NCBI GenBank assembly: GCA_943704425.1
Contig: CALSCP010001674.1
Location: forward strand, 1 to 64,000
Direction: 5' to 3'
From: Ministeria vibrans ATCC 50519
Lineage: Eukaryota; Protista; Filasterea
Length of the DNA: 64,000 nucleotides
The position numbers were made by a program, and so were the translations under genes. Under the pieces are notes generated by a model. That model ran no database searches, was not told where the DNA came from, and was given only the letters and a program-made list of their open reading frames with translations. Each line of letters begins with the position of its first letter. Within the stretch, counting starts at the first letter, position 1. Below are positions 27,698 through 41,200 of this stretch, one piece after another.

Positions 27698-30160
27698 TTA
27701 GAGAGTGTACAGAGTGTCTTGAAGGTGACGGACATTACTGTCAATGCGCTGTTGAAGGTCGCGCGTGCGCGCGTGCTCGGCTTCAAAGAAAGAATCGGCG
27801 TCGCTTGGGGCGGCACTGAGAGGGATGGCAGCGGAGTCGTAATCGACGGACGGGTCGGGCGTGCTGACGCTGGCAATGCTGTGCGCTGGCGGAGACCATT
27901 CGTCGTCGCTGAGTTCCTCGTCATGTTCTTGTGGTGCTGATTGGTGGGTTTGGTCCTGCCGTGGTGGTGGTGGTGGTGAGGAATGAGAGGAGGGTGAAGG
28001 GGATGCGACGCGGATGCGGCTTGGAGGGATGGCGGTGTGGAGGGACTCAGAGGATGGGGTGCCAGAAGAACGAATGGGTTGCGGAGTTGGGGGAGAGGCA
28101 GATGGGGAAGCAGACGAGTCGACAAGACGAGTGCGAATGTTGCCGCTACCGCCCAAGAGTGATTGAGTTGTAGTGGTAGTCGAGGGGCGAGGGTGCTCTG
28201 TTGCTGTCCGTGAGATGGGTGGAGCAGTGCGCTCCAGTGGAGCGTACTTGTGCTGTGATTGGGGCACGCTTGGGACTGCACGCGTCGTGCGAGAAGTCGG
28301 CTCTGGTGCGAGGCGCAACGGGGTGACTCTGGACTGTCGTTGGTGGCGGCGCGTAGGCTCATACTCGTCGCGGTTGTCGGACAAGTTGGCATAAGGGTAC
28401 TTCGATGGAGTGTAGACTGTGGCGGGCGAAGGGTCGTCCGCGCCACTGCTGACGGCCGAATCAGTCGACAGACGCGGTGAGGCGCGGTCGACCGACGAGA
28501 GTGACAGGTCGTCGTCAAACAGAGCCTGCGAGTCGTTGCGATGTGACTCACCCAAGTGGCTCGCTCCTCTTTCTCGTTGCTGCCGCCCATACAGTGCGTC
28601 CACACGCCGCTGCAAGTCGCCCATTCTCTCATACCCTGGCACAGCAGAAGTAGTAGTGCCAACATCATGGTCACCCTCGCGACTGCCACTCGTGCTCAAG
28701 TGACTACTCTCCGCCGAGGAATCAGGAGGCGACACTCTATCTGCTACCGACGCCTCGACTGCAAGCGCCCGCTGTGCTGCCATCGCCTGGTCGCCCGTGG
28801 TACCTAGAAACCCGTCAACATGCCGGAGAAAGCCCGCGACGGCCGTGCGATCGTTGGCTGCTCGCTGCAGTCGCGCATTCAGCGCATCGAGTGCTTCGCT
28901 GAGACGCTGTCGCTCCACTTCGCAGCGGCGCAGCACTCCTTCCAGGCGATCCGCACGTTCCTTCTCGTTCGCAGTGGCACGCTGTGCTTCCTTGCGCACT
29001 CGCTCCAGTTCAACACGATCCCGTTCTTGACGCGCCAAAGCTGCTTCGCGTGTTCGTTCCAGCGAGTCTACCAAGTGGGTTAGTTCCGAGGTGAGCGTGT
29101 CACGCTCGGAGGTCACACTGGCCACACCATCGCGCAAGCCCTCGGCAATGCCCAGCGCATCCTGCAACTGCTCTTCGAGCTCGCCGATGCGTGTTGCACT
29201 CGCAGTCAGTCGTTCGTTGGCGGCACGCAGCTCTGCCGAGCCTGCCGCCTCCTGCTGCTGTCGAATAACCGTGTGCAACAAACGGTTCTCCTCGGCAAGA
29301 CGCTCTTTCTCGCGCGAGCCCACCTCGGCCGTGAGCGAGCCCACCTGTTCACGTAGTGCGCCACACTCGTTGCGCAACGACGCAGTCTCCGCCTCGGCCG
29401 CACGCAATCGGTGCGACGTCTCCTCCGCAACCTGGTGACGCAAACACAGTCGAAGTCGCGCCGACTCACTCCGCATCTCCTCCACATCGTGTCGCCAGTC
29501 CGCAAGCGCATCCTCCAGTCGTTGTTTCAAATGGTCCGTCGTCTCTTCGTGCATCCGCTGCAGAGCTGTACGCTCCTCCAGTTGTTGTGCAAGACTCTCG
29601 GCACGCTCTTGCAACTGCAAGTATTCCTCCATAAGCACCCGCTCCATCTCGGTCCGCGGTCGATCCAGTCCCGCAATGCGAGCCTCGCCACCACGTGTCC
29701 CAGCCGTAGCATGGTGGACGCCATACTGACCATCATGATGGGCACACGCGACTCGCAAATGGTCCAACTCGGCGCGTGCCATGGCAAGCTCATCGCGCAC
29801 ACGCAAGTCGTCCCGACGCAGCGCTGCAAGTTGGTCAGTCAGACGTGCTCGCTCGTGTGCCTCGCGATCCATCACTTCACCATTGCTTGCATCGCTTGCA
29901 ATGAGTCCCGACAGAGTGCGCACTTCCGTCTCCAAATCGCGAATACGTGTGCTCTGCTCACGCGCACACTCACTCTGATGCGTCGCGTGCCCCAGAGCGC
30001 TGCGCAACTGCTCCACTTCAGCCTCGAGATGTGTCATGCGATGTACTCGCACACGCAGCGACTCAACCTCATACAACAACGACTGATAGTGCTCCTCATG
30101 ATGACGATGATGATGACGATGATACTGACCACTCTCTTCTTGTGGTTGTTGTTGTTGTGG

Positions 30161-30198
<38 letters not shown>

Positions 30199-30205
30199 CT
30201 TGTGG

Positions 30206-30252
<47 letters not shown>

Positions 30253-30644
30253 GCTGTTGTGGCGGTTGTTGTTGTTGCGGCTGTTGTTGCTGCTGCTGTT
30301 GTTGTTGTTGTTGGTAATCGCGACGCTGTTCTTTCAATTGCTCGTTTTCCACCTCAAGTTGTCGCACACGCTCGTGCACAATCGCCGAGTCGTCGCTGGC
30401 CTTCTGGACCAATAATGGTTTTGCCGATAGCACACGCGTAAGTCGCTCGTTCTCTTGGCGCAGCGCATGCACCTTGTCCCGCTCCGCTGCGAGTTCACGT
30501 GCCGATTCGGCGCGACGATGGATCGATCGCTCCTGCTCAAGTAAATTTCGCTCAAACCGGTCGCGATGCGATGTCGACAAGGGTACGCTGGCGGACACTG
30601 ACGCAGAGAAAGGGGCATGAACAGACTCCTCTCGTGATTGCTGC

Positions 30645-30680
<36 letters not shown>

Positions 30681-31934
30681 TGGACGTCGCGAAGACACGC
30701 GACTGCATGATCCACTTCAAGGTGTGTCTGTTCGACAAGGTATGCACCCTGGAGCATCGTGTTGTCTAGATGGCGCGCACGACCAGCGTAGTGCACGCCA
30801 CGCAGCTTGTGCAGTGTGTTGCGCAATGCCTCAGTGCACTCAGCCAACTGTTCCTTGATTTCCGATCGTTCGCGCACCACATCCTGTGCCTCGGCAGCGC
30901 GCCTTTCCAAATCGTCAAGTGTGTGTCGCATGCGGAGCAGCTGGGTGCGCAGCTGCGATGCGTTCTCCGCGAGATCGTCCCGTTCCTCCGCCACTCTCTC
31001 GAGTTGCGCCGCCAACTGTGCGCGTTCCTCAACTAACCGTGCCGTGTCGTCACGTACCGTTGCGTGTTGCTGTACCTCGCGTTGGGCCGCTTCACACTCA
31101 TACTTGAGCTTGCCATTGGCAGCGTTTGCGTCGTCCAGGGCACGTCGTAGTTGTTCGACCGCACGCCGATGTGTCGCTGCATCGTGTCCGCGCGCCTCGC
31201 CTCGCACACACTGCGACTTGAGACTCTCCGTGGTAAGCTGCAGCTCGTGTAGATCCCCAGCAAGCTCCGAGCTATGTGCTTTCTCCTCAGCGAGCAACTC
31301 CCGCGTCACCTCCAGTTCGCGCGCCATTTTGTCGCAGCGCTGCTCCGCCTCTCGAGCTGTACTGTCTGCACGCGCCACCAGCTCGCGTTGCCGCCGCTCG
31401 ACGCTCTCCACCGCATCCGACAGTGCTGTGATCCGCACTGCCGCTGCAGACGCGCTCCTTACAGCACTCTCCGGCGCGCTTGACGCTCCTGTCGTCGTGT
31501 CTTCAAAGCGCAACACTCGCCGACTTGTTGCCTCCGCTCCTGTCGTCATCGTGCCCGCTTCCGCTTGCGCGCGCCTGCGACGAGACCGAGGTGATAGTAA
31601 GAGAAACGGCTCCAGCGTCGAAATGAGCTCGTTCATCTCGGACGAGCGCTCATCCCTAAATTCGCAAAAAGCGGATTTCAAACCAAAAAAAAAAAAAAAA
31701 AAAAAAAAACCGTTGAAGTTAAAAGTCGCAAAGGAAAGCAATGCACTTGCATGCGACAAGAAGAAGAGGAAGGAACACCGCCAGGGATAGGATGTGGGGA
31801 CGCAGGCGGCGCGAGGGCGGGCGTGGGGGGCTGCGGCACACACAGACGTACCTTCGAAGTGCATTGAGTTCCTCGCGTATTCTCACCACATCCGCCTCCA
31901 GCATCCGTGCTGCGGCGTCGTCGTGAGAGGACAT
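27698..31934 (-). CDS. Long coiled-coil protein with polyQ tracts and Ser/Pro-rich tail, function unknown (intron 31656-31851)
   Basis: ATG 31934 MSSHDDAAARMLE... spliced in frame to the long ORF; heptad-rich; (CAA/CAG)n at ~30140-30313 and 30637-30678. Confidence 0.7.
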
Positions 31935-32264
31935 GCCAGCACCAACCAACCCAGTGCACGCAGAATAAATAAAGATTACAGATTGAAGTGACTGACTGAG
32001 TTNNNNNNNNGGACTGAGTCTGACTCGGAGTCTCTGATAACTGAGAAGAAAGACGTATTATGTAACAAGTGATTGAACAGTATAATAAGAATAATAATGA
32101 TGGGTTGCTAACATCAGTCGTATACCCCTTTTTAGACACTTTTTGCTATTGTGTTTTTCACGTCTTGTGACTTGTCAATTACTGCTTGAATCTTAGATGA
32201 GAGATATGGATAAATTTTTCTTCGCTCTCAACAACACCTCTCTCTTATTCTCTCTCTCTCTCTC

Positions 32265-35200
32265 TCAAATCATAAGTTCAGTCGCCACCGCAGGCAACCC
32301 AACGTCGGCCGGACCCGCGCCGCTCTTTTTGTCCTTCTTCGCAGCCTTTTTGGCGGCCTTCTCGGCCTTCTCGGCCTCACGCGCCGCCTTCTTGTCCTGC
32401 TTGGTCGGCGTGCCCGCCGCACTCGACGTGCCCGATGGGGGTGTCTCCAGCGACGAGCGCGTTGGCTTCTTCTTCAAACCAAATAGCTTCTTAAAGCCGC
32501 CCTTCTTGGGTGTCGACTCGGTAGACGCAGCAGGCGCAGCAGTAGTAGAGGCCGAAGACGCCTCGGCAGCAGCTGCAGCTGCGGCAGCAGCACCAGGCTG
32601 CTCTTGGCGCGGTGTTGCCGGACTCATGTCCACGGAGCGCTGGCGCTTAGGCGACGCAGCAACAGCGTCGGTCGGAACCGGAGCAGCAGCAGCGGCGGCC
32701 GCAAGTGCAAACGCTGTCTCCTTGCTGTCCTTCTTGGGCTCCTTACCCTTGTTGCTCTTGGGAGCAGCAGCAGTAGCAGCAGCAGGCTCTTCCTGCTTCT
32801 TCGGCACAGCCCCATCGGCTGCCGCCTTCTCTGTCTTTTGCTCCGCCTCGGCAGAAGCAGCAGCAGCAACAGCAGCAGCAGCCTTCTCTGCCGCCTCCGC
32901 CTCCGCTTCCTTCTTCTTCTTCTTCTCTGCCTCCTCTGCGTCCTTGCGCTGCTTCTCCGCCGCCGCCGCCGCCGCCTTGGCATCCTCCTCGGCCTTCTTG
33001 GCCGCCGCTGCGGCTGCCTCCGCCTCCGCCTCTTGCGTGCTTTGATCTGCCTTGCGCTTCTCAGCATCGGCAGCCTCCTTGGCCGCCAGCTCCTTCGCCG
33101 CTGCCTCCTGTGCCGCCAACAGCGTCGCCTGGTGCTCCCGCTCCTCCTCAGCCTGGCGCTCCGTCTTCTCCTGACGCTCTCGCTTCTTCTTCTCAATCGC
33201 CTCCTCCGAGCGACCCTCTGCCTCGCGTGCGAGACGCTCGCGCTCCGCCACCGCAGCCTCTTTGCGTCGCTCCGCCTCGGCCGCCGCCTCCTCGCGCTCC
33301 TTCAGCTCGCGTTCCTTGCGCTCCGTCGCCAGTCGCTCGTGCAACTCCGTCTCCTTGCGCATCTTCTCCTCGGCCTCAGCACGCAAAGCAGCCTCCCGCT
33401 CCTTACGCTCAGCTTCCGCCTGGCTGCTCTGCTCCTTGGCCCACGCCGATCGCTCCAGCGCCGCCGCATCCTCCTCCTCGGCACGTTTCTGACGCGCCGC
33501 CTCAAGTTTCTCCCGTCGCTCACGGTCCTCGGCAAGTCGCGCCGCCTCCGCCTCCTCCGCCTCGGCCAGCAGCTTCGCCTTGGCCGCTTGCGCATCGTCG
33601 CGACGCGATGCTTCCTCCGCCTTTCGCTTCTCCTCCACCGCCTTGACACCGTCGGTACGCTGGCCACGGCGCTTCATTGCCTCCACTGCCTGCTCGTGGT
33701 TCTGCACGCTCTCCGTCGACGCGCGCTCCTCAAACTCCGCATGCATCTTCGCAGCTGTCTCTGCCTCAGCAGCCGTCGCTTGCTTCTCTGCCTCGAGACG
33801 CGCCGCTTCCTTGGCTCGCTCACTCTCAAGTGCCGCACGCGCAGCCGCCTCACGCTCCTGCGCCGCACCCGAGACACGCTCGCGATCTTGCTTGGCACGC
33901 TCCGCTCGCTCAGCCGCACTCTTGACCTCCTGCTCGGCACGCTTCGTCTCCGCCTCGGCACGCGCCTTCTTCTCCGCCGCCAGACGCTCCTCCATAGCTG
34001 CCGCCTGGGTCGCCGCCAACTTCTCAAGCGCCGCCTGCTCGGCACTCGTGCGCGACGCACGCGACTTCTCACGCTCCACACGAGCCGCCTCAATCGCCGC
34101 GGCCGATTTCTTTGCTGCCTCAGCCTCAAGCTTGGCACGCGACGCCTTGGTCTCAGCCAGACGCTTCTGCTCGGCCGACGCGTCGTCGTCGGCTGCCTGC
34201 AGCTGCGCCTTGCGCTCCGACTCCTCCGCCTCGCGCTTCTTTTGCATGCTCGCTGTCTCTGCACCGCCAAACAGCGCATCCGTAAACTTCTTGTAGTCAA
34301 GCTTGTCGTCATTGCCGTCAAACGAATCCATGTTTGCAATGCAATAGTCTGCCTGTTCGCGCGGCAGCGTCTTGTACAGCTCGGCCTTGGTCACGTACGG
34401 ACGCTTCTCGGCTGCCACCGAAAACGACTCAGCAACATCCTCGGCACGGTCCGCATTCTCCGTCTCCAGCGAAATCATGTACGCGTTGTACTCCGCCAGA
34501 CCCACCGTGCCGCTGTGGTTCGAGTCGACAAAGGCCATAATCTTCTTAAAGTCCTCGTTCTCCTGACCGCCGGGGTAGTCGTACCCGAGCGTGCGCAGGC
34601 ACGCGCAAAACTCCGTCGCGTCCAGCGTCCCGTCGCCGTTCTTGTCAAAATGAGCAAAGGTCTCGCGGTATTCCTTCAGCTTCTCATCGCTCACACCCGA
34701 ACTGTCGCGCGCCTTAATCTGCTGCATCAAGTTGCCCTCAAGACGACGGCACAGCTGGTCAAGCTGCTCCCACGCCTGCGCCAGACTCGTCGACGTGTGC
34801 TCCGTGTACTCATTGTCGTAGATTTGCGCCGCCTCCATCTCGGCGCCTGTCTCCTCAATGTCCGCAATGTCCGCTCGCTTGCTCGCCACCTGCTCAGCAA
34901 TGCCCTTCACCGACGCAAGTTGGTCCTCGAGCGTGCCGGTCGCACTCGTCGCAAGCACACGCGTCTTGGTCGCCCATGCATCAAACACGGCCGCCTTGTC
35001 GGCAAACGCCTGGCGCAGCTCCTCGTTGTCCTCCTGGCGCTTCGCCTCGTTGTCCAGCTCGCCAATGCGATCGTCAATCTTCTCCAAAATCACATTCCAT
35101 TTTTCCGTGAGCAAATCCATCGTGAAGGGCGTGTACGGGTTCTTGCCCTGCATGCCCTGCTCCACCAGCTCCGTGTCAATGCGCTCCAGCTCGGCCACGT

Positions 35201-38200
35201 CGCGCTTCAGCTCCTCAAGCTGCTCCTGGTGCGCCAACAGACCTTCCTCGAGCACCGTCACCTCTTGCAGCGAATTGACGCGCACCGGCTCCGACAGGTC
35301 CTCCTCGGCAGTGCCAAGCCACGAGCTGAAAGCGGCCGCCTTCTTCGCAAAGTCCAGCATGCTTGCGTCAATCGCGCGGAAACGCTCGTGCGACTTATCC
35401 AGTGCCGCACGACGCGTCTTGGTCGCGCTCTGCAAACCAGTAAATCGCTCTTGTACCGTGGCAAATCGTGCCGCAATCGTCTCTCCTGCACTGTGGCCGC
35501 CCGCCTTGAGCGACGCACTCTGCTCCGCGAGCTCGTCGACACGCTTCGAAAAGGACGCCACAGTCTTCTCAAGCTTGTCGTGCTCCTCAAGCAGCAATTC
35601 GACGCTGCCCAGATCCGAGCCTTCGTCCGTCGACTGTGCACTTGCCTCGTGCTTCTCCGTCCACGACGTCACCGCATCGGCACTGCGTGTAAAGGAGTGC
35701 AACACCACCGCGTCGTTGAGACTTTGCTTGCGCTTCGCCGCCAGCTCGTCCAACTCGCCCATGGCACTTGTCAGTTCACTCTGACGCTCCGACACAGTCG
35801 CCTTCTGCGAGTGTCCGTTCGCCACAAGCTTGTCGGCAGCTGCTGTCACTTCGCCAAGGATCTTCTTGTGTCCCGACAGCTCAAGCTCGACCGCCACATG
35901 CTGCTTCATCATGCCCTGCGTCGCGGCCAACGTGTCGCCCGTGTCGGCACTTGCCAGCACGGTGCGACGTCCCTTGCACCAGGCGAGCTCTTCGCTCGCG
36001 TCCGCCTCCCACTCAAAGAAGGACACAGACTCATCGAGGGCGGTAGTGCGCGTCGCAAGCGCCGCCATCACAACCTCGCGCTTCGCCTTGACAGCGTCCG
36101 CACGCGCTGCAACTGTTGTCTGCTGCTCGCCACCGCTGCCGCTGCTAGCAAACGTCGCCGCGCGGCTCAACATATCGTCAACACGGGCACTGCGTGCCTG
36201 CACCTCGGTCGCCAGAGCTTGGTGCTTCTTCTGCAGACGCTGCGCCACCGTAAGGTTCGCGCCCAAGTTGGCGTCCGAGGCAATCTTCTCCTTGTTGCCA
36301 AGCCAGCCTTCCTCCTCGGCCAGGCCACGCAGCAGTGTGTGCATCACCGAGGTCGCTTGCAGATTTTCCGCACGCTTGCCGCTCAGTTCCTGCACCTCGG
36401 CATAGCCCGACGACACGGTCGCACCCTTGCTCTCGAACCACGCCGCATCAAAGTGCTTCGCCGCGACAAACTCGTTGGCGCGCGACACGGCTGCCTTAAC
36501 CGCGTCCGCATGCGACTCGATGTCGCTCGCCACAATTTGGTGCTTCTTCACGAGGTTTTGCGTTGCCTTGAGGTCCTTGCCAAAGTCTTCGCTCGCCACA
36601 ACCGCGCGCGTCGCCTTGAGCCACAACTCCAGATCATCAATACTGCGACTGTACTGTTGCTTCTCGGCCGTCGCCGCCATCTTAGCACCCTCTTCGCCAG
36701 CTTGCTCGCGCAGCGCCTCCCAGTTTTTCTTGGTAGTCGCCATGCGTGCCGAAATCTCGCCACTCTTGGGATGGCCCGCGTCCACAAGTGCCTTGCCGGA
36801 CGCCTCGACCTTTCCAACGCGGTCCACGTTGGCATCCAGCTCGCCCGCCAGCGCAATGCCATTGCCGGCCTCGTCGCTGTTCTCCTTAGTGGCAGCACTT
36901 TCGTCGCTAGTGCGCGCCGCGATCCACTCGTCAAGGTCGTCGGCGTCGCGCTCAAACTGATGATGGCGCACGGCGTCGCGCAGCGCATCGCCACGTGAAG
37001 CAGACTTGCCCTGAAGACCGTCCCAGCGCGTTTTAATAGCACCGCTGCGAGCCGTCGCCTCGTCGCCCTTGGGGTTGCCGTTAGCCTTAAGGGCGGCCGC
37101 CGACGCCTCCACCGACGACACCTTGTCGGCCTGCAGCGGCAACTGACTCTCAAACTTGTCGTGCTTCTTGGTGAGCAATTGTGACTCCTCGAGAGACGCA
37201 CCCAAGTCGTCGGTGTCCAGCAGCTGTTCGCTCGACGTGAGCCAGCGTTCCAACTGATCCGCGTCACGGTTGAACTGCTGCAACTCGACTGCCTTCTCCA
37301 GTTCAGCCTTGCGCGTCTCCCAGGCCGCCTGCAGGTCGGCACGAGCCTTCTCGATCTCGCCCATGACCTCCTTGACACGAGTCGACTCGGGATGGTCGCC
37401 CTTGATCAGCGCGTCGCCATCACCAAGCACACGCTCAATGATCTCGTTGCCGGCCGCAATGTCAATGCGTCCGTGCATGTGGTGCTGCAGCATGGCCTCG
37501 GCCGACGACAGATCCTTAGGCTCCTCGCCCGAGGCGTGGCGCGCCGCCAACTCGCTCGCCCACTCATTCACCTCATCGGCCTCGCCCGTAAAACGGTACA
37601 GACGCTCGCTCTTGTCCAAATCGACCCCGCGCTTTGCCACGGCCGCCTGGTACGCACCAAAGCACGCCTGTAGCTCGCCCTGCTTCAACTTCACCTGCTC
37701 CTTGTGCTTAGGGAAGGTCTCGGCGAGCACATCGCCCTCGCCCACGAGCGCACGCACACTCTGTTCGGCGGCAATCACGTCACGCTCAACACCCTCGTGA
37801 CGGCGCAACAGTGCCTTGACACCCGCCAAGTCCTTGCCCTGATCCTCGTCGGCAATCTGCATGTCGAGCGCCGCCTGCTTCGTACCAATCCAGGCCATGC
37901 GCTCGGCCACCTCACGGTTGTACACCTCGAGTTCGCGACCGTCGCTCAACGTGCGCTTCTGATCGGCCATCAAGCACTTGAGTTTGTCCCAGGCCACAAG
38001 AAGATCCGCCTTGCGCTTGTTCGTCACGGTGCGCTCGGGGTGCTCGGCCGCGTCCAGACGCTCCGCGACCAACTTGACGCGATGAACACGCTCCTCCGAC
38101 GCGGTCACACCCGTCTCAAAATGACCCAACTTCTTGAGCACGCTCGCCAGACGATCCACATCGTTGTCGGCCTCATTGCGCTCGGCTACGAGCTGATCAA

Positions 38201-41200
38201 GTGATGTCTGCTTCTGACTGATCATGGCGGCAATTTCGTCTGCATCCAGCTGGAACGAGTGGAACTGCTCCGAGTGGCTCAACTTGTTGCGACGTGTCAT
38301 AGACATGGAGCCCAGCTCGGCCATGGCTGCCATGAGGTCTGCCTTACTCTTGGAGATTTCGGCACTGGCAAAGTGCGATGCGGCCACATAGCTGTCCGCC
38401 TGCTCGCACACGGCATTGACAATCTCCTTGTGCGACGCAATGTCCGCCTCAATGTGTTGCTGTTTCTTTTGCAGACTCTGCACCGCCGCGAGATCCTTCC
38501 CAAAATCTTCGCTGCTCAGCTGCGAGTGCACCTCGCTGTGCCAAGCGTTCATCTCGTCCACAAGACGATTGAGCTGCTGCAGCTCGTGCGCCTCGCGCAG
38601 ACGACGTCCCTTCTCCTCGGTGCGTTGCGACAGCGTGTCCCACGCGTCCATCAGCGTGTCCATACGCGCCTTGATGTCCTCTGAGGCGTAGTGCTGCGCG
38701 CCCACAAGGCCGTCGGCCTGGTCGCGCAGCTGGTCCACACGCGAGCGGTTCGCTGACACGTCCGCGCTGAACACCTCGTGCTTTTGCACCTTGCCCGGCA
38801 AGTTTGTCGCCTCCTTGTAGTTCTCGTCGCTTGCCACCTTGACACGGTCGCCAATCCACATGTCGAGCTCGTCGACGTCGCGGTAGAACACCTGAAGGTC
38901 GTGCGACGCTTCCAGCTTGGCGTTGCGCTCGTCGGCAGCAACAAGGAACTCCTCCCACGAGTTCTCGAGCGCCTCACGTCGTGCCTCAATGTTCTTCGCG
39001 TCGTAGTGACCCTCGTCCACAAGCTGGTCGGCGAGCGCGAGCAGTCCCTCAACCTTGTCCTTCTCAGGCGTAATCGTCTTCATAAATTCCTCGAGCTTCT
39101 TGGAGAGCTCGTCCACGTCGACAATCGAGTCGCCCAGCTTGTCGGAGCTGGCAAACTCCTTGCCGTGACGAATCCACTCCTCGGCCGTGTCAATGTCTCG
39201 GTAGAGTTCGTGTGCACGCACACCCTGCTCGAGCATAGACTGTCGCTCCGTCCACGTCTCGTCCAGCTTCTTGTGCTCCGCATCCAAATGGTCAATCGCC
39301 TCCTGAATCTGCGCCTTGTCCGGGTGGTCGTCGCTCACAAGCTTGCTGCCGGCGTCCATGACATTGAGCAGCGACACCGAGCCCATGTCAATCTGCTCGC
39401 GGTACTCTTTGTTCTGCTTGAGCAGCGCTTCGGCACGCACCAAGTCCGTCGCAAGTTCCTCGGCACCCACCTCGGTGCCCTTCTTTTCCATCCACTCGAG
39501 CGTGTCGCGGTAGCTCTCCAGGAACTTCTGAAGACTCGCCGCGGCCTCCAGTCGTCGCTTGCGCTCCGCCGAGATCGACTGAAGCATGCCGACGAGGCGA
39601 TCCACCGACTCCTCCATCTCCTTGACTTGCGTCGCGTCGCTCGGCTGGTCCTCCTGCAGCTTGGCACTGCGACGCTTGAGACTGTCAACCTTCTCGACCA
39701 CGGCCGCGTGACCGTGCTCGGCGGCGTCATGACGACGGCACAACATCTCGACCGAGTTGACGTCCTTGCCAAAGTCCTCGATGGTCACCTCGCCAATCTT
39801 TTCGTTGATCCAATCTTGAAGATCATCACCGTCGCGCAGGAAAGTCTGCAGCACCATGTTGTCGTCGAGAGTGTTCTTGCGGTCGTCGGAGAGCTCCTGC
39901 AACGCCTTCCAGTGGGCATCCAGCTGTCCGTCACGCTCGCGAATACGCTCTGCCTCGGGGTGCTTCTCGTCGTCGCACAGACGCGTCGCGGTCGCCTTGA
40001 GCGCCTGCAAACGCTCCTCGTTGGCTGCCATGTCGTTGTCCAAGTTGACGTACTTTTTGCGCAGCGCGTCAATGCGTTCGAGGTCGCTCTCGGTCTCAAC
40101 AGCAGGCGCCGCCGAATCCTTCTCGCTAATCCACGCATCGAGCTCGTCCGCGTCCACCAGGTAGGCAAAGAGCTCTTCGGCCTGGTTGAGTTTGGCACGG
40201 CGCGTTGCGCTCAGATCCTTCACCTCGGCATAGCGGGACTCGACGTTCTTCTGGCGCTCTTGGATGCGCTCCGCGTCAAAATGACCATCATCAACGTGGC
40301 GCTGCGTCTGCTGCGCCGACAAGTCGATGATCTCGGCGTGCGCCGTGATGTCGTCCTCGACAAGCGCGTGCTGCTTGATAAGGTTGCGTGTCGCCTGCAA
40401 GTCCTTGCCGTAGTCCTCGCTGCTGACAGTCGGGTGCACCTCGGTGAGCCACATCTCAATATCGTCGAGCTGGTTGAAAAACTCGTGCTGAGCGTGGGCC
40501 TCGGTGACCTTTTGGCCGCGGTCCTTGCAGCCCGACTGGAGCGTGTCCCACTTCTCGCGCAGCAATGCCAGACGTGCCGCGATGCTGTCGGCGGAAGGGT
40601 GACCGTCGGTCACGAGCTTGTCGCCGTTGGCCGCGACGTTTCCGACGCGCTCGGCGTTGGCCGCAAGTTCCGCCTGAAACTCGTCTTGTTCGTGCATCTT
40701 CTCGGAGATGTTGGCGGGGTCCTTGTAAGAATCGTCGTTGGCAAAGGCGAGCTTCTCGTCCATCCAGCCGTTGATCTCGTCAGCGTCCGTCTCGAAGCGA
40801 AGCTGCTGGCATGCGGCGTCGAGGGCGCTCGCGCGCTTGTCCGACAGCGCCAGAAGGTTCTCCCAACGTTCGTTGACACCCGCCACCATCGTGTTGATCT
40901 CATCAGCGGCGTAGTGATCCGCCTTGACCAGCTTGTCACCCGTCTCGCGAATGTCGTCAATCTTGCCTTGCTGCGGTGGCACCGTCTTCGAGAAGTTGGT
41001 GTGCTTCTTGGTGAGCGCCTCGGCCGCCTCGACAGTACTACCGGTGTCGTCGCTAGCGAGACGTTTCTCACTGGCGTCCATCCACGCGTGCGACTCGTCG
41101 ACGTCGCGTTTCAGCGCGTGCAGTTGACAACTCTGATCGAGCTGCTGCTTGCGAGCCTGGTAGGCGGCCTCAAGGTCCGCCTGAGCCTTCTCAAGATCAG

